A DNA stretch of 64,000 nt from Phycisphaerae bacterium (GTDB lineage Bacteria > Planctomycetota > Phycisphaerae > UBA1845 > Fen-1342). How positions within the stretch are numbered: position 1 is the first letter of the stretch; each line of letters begins with the position of its first letter. Where the stretch lies: NCBI GenBank assembly GCA_963675745.2, contig CAXXWX010000001.1, positions 160,001 to 224,000 on the forward strand, given 5' to 3'. Of the stretch, positions 62,596-64,000 are shown in pieces. The notes under the pieces were generated by a model that was not told the DNA's origin, searched no databases, and worked only from the letters and a program-made list of their open reading frames with translations. The translations under genes were made by a program, and so were the position numbers.

Positions 62596-63477
62596 CTAGT
62601 GTGCCGCATGTGCCGCTTCCTCCTCGTCATCGTGGTCATGGTGAATGCTCACGGCCATGCCGATGAACATGGCCGTCAGGAACGTGAAGATGAACGCCTG
62701 GAGGAAGGCGACGAATAGCTCAAGGAAGTTGATTGCGACACTACCCAGGATCACCGGAATCGAGATCAGCAACCCCCCACTGGTGCCCAGCGCGATCGTC
62801 GACATACTGACGAAACCCAGCAGGACGGCCAGCAAAATGTGTCCGGCGATCATGTTGGCAAATAGGCGCATGGCGAGCGCGAACGTCTTGGCCGCCAGGC
62901 CGACCACTTCGAGGATCGCGATAAACCACGCCAGATACCACGGGCCGATGAAGAAGTGCTTCACGTAATTCAGCCCGTGCAGGCGCAGCCCGTTATAGAC
63001 GATCATGAACAGCGTGCACAGCGCCAGCATGGCTGTCACGCAGATGTTGCCGGTTGATGTTCCGCCAATCGCGTGGCCGGGGATGAACGGCTTCGTCCAA
63101 TCCGCCAGCGGCAGCATCCCCAGCAGATTGCACGTCAGCACGAAGAAAAACGCCGACCAGATGTACGGGACGAACATATCCGTGTACTTGCCGAGGGCCG
63201 GCTCGGCGACATACTTCCGCAGCCCCTCGCAGAGACCCTCGATCGCGTTGCCAAAGCCGCGCGGCACGAGACGCCCGATGTCATCGGTTCCGCGGCGCAT
63301 CCGCACCGCCATCGGGATCAGCCAGATCAACAGCAGCATCGCGATGATCTGCATGAGAATATGATTGCTGAACAGCGTGAAGCTCTGGAATGGCCACGGC
63401 CCCCCCATGGGGACATCGATGATGCGATGCTGGACAACGTGATTGAGCGGGTTGTCGCTGGCCAACAGCAAGTCCAT
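62596..63477 (-). CDS. atpB: ATP synthase Fo a subunit
   Basis: NLLGMLP, LAMRLFANMIAGH, LELFVAFLQAFIF. Confidence 0.97.
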   Translation of the reverse strand: MDLLLASDNPLNHVVQHRIIDVPMGGPWPFQSFTLFSNHILMQIIAMLLLIWLIPMAVRMRRGTDDIGRLVPRGFGNAIEGLCEGLRKYVAEPALGKYTDMFVPYIWSAFFFVLTCNLLGMLPLADWTKPFIPGHAIGGTSTGNICVTAMLALCTLFMIVYNGLRLHGLNYVKHFFIGPWYLAWFIAILEVVGLAAKTFALAMRLFANMIAGHILLAVLLGFVSMSTIALGTSGGLLISIPVILGSVAINFLELFVAFLQAFIFTFLTAMFIGMAVSIHHDHDDEEEAAHAAH

Positions 63478-63479
63478 TC

Positions 63480-63890
63480 TCAGGCTTCCCTCTCGAGCCG
63501 CTTGTAGAGCCAGGCCACCGCGCTGGTGTCAACGCCGAGCAACATAACGTACGAAATCGCTACCCAAATCAACAGCGGCTTGACCGCGATTTGGCCGCTG
63601 AGAGCGACCGCCGCCGTTAATAGGATAGTAGCGACCATCCGAATGGTCATCCCAAATAACAGCGCATTATGCCGCACGCGCGGCGGCTTGGGCAGTGAGG
63701 CCATGACGGGTATCAGGCCGACCAGCGTGGCAACGGCCCCGATCAGCAGGCCCACCAGCATCGCCCAGATGGCCGCCCGGCCGCCGACATTGATTGTCGG
63801 AAAATAGCCGACGGCACCCACCACGGCGACAGTCAACGCCGTGAGCAGCGCCAGGCCCGCATACGCTCGCATGGGGCTGATCTCACGCAT
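63480..63890 (-). CDS. ATP synthase I-like membrane protein
   Basis: Four TM helices immediately upstream of atpB. Confidence 0.65.
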   Translation of the reverse strand: MREISPMRAYAGLALLTALTVAVVGAVGYFPTINVGGRAAIWAMLVGLLIGAVATLVGLIPVMASLPKPPRVRHNALLFGMTIRMVATILLTAAVALSGQIAVKPLLIWVAISYVMLLGVDTSAVAWLYKRLEREA

Positions 63891-64000
63891 GGTCGTCACT
63901 GTCGCTATCACGCCTGGCTGCGTCATCCTTGCTCGGCGGCGTCGTGAGCTTACTAAGCTGGATCGCTTGCCGGATGAAGTTGTAGAAACCGCCAATAACG
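63883..64000 (-). CDS. AtpZ/AtpI-family protein, C-terminal part (truncated by the window edge)
   Basis: Reads VIGGFYNFIRQAIQLSK...DDHA*; not in the ORF track; operon position. Confidence 0.65.
   Translation of the reverse strand, partial: VIGGFYNFIRQAIQLSKLTTPPSKDDAARRDSDSDDHA

Overview
GC-rich bacterial chromosomal segment, most consistent with a Planctomycetota (Phycisphaerae-like) genome. This is inferred from a prepilin/H-X9-DG protein, ECF sigma + Ser/Thr kinase pairs, dockerin-like C-terminal tags and a CxxC-GYDL-CPECG membrane protein. Housekeeping blocks are priA, SRP RNA-dnaX-ybaB-recR, an rseC-like + rnfCDGEAB operon (rnfC and rnfD each broken by one extra G), a bat-like DUF58/VWA/TPR cluster lacking moxR, and an F1Fo ATP synthase operon lacking atpC at its end. 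Accessory genes include a fused TssB-TssC sheath-like gene, a degenerate macro domain, an LCIB-like beta-carbonic anhydrase candidate, a Rok-like basic protein and two large secreted proteins sharing a dockerin-like tail. The most striking non-coding structure is a set of inverted heptamer-tandem arrays: one encloses a four-helix-bundle gene inserted between atpG and atpD, and three are 'empty'. The window also has two REP-like palindrome families and an A10 slippery run in dnaX. No CRISPR array, tRNA, rRNA or transposase was recognised. All product calls come from recalled motifs, not database searches.
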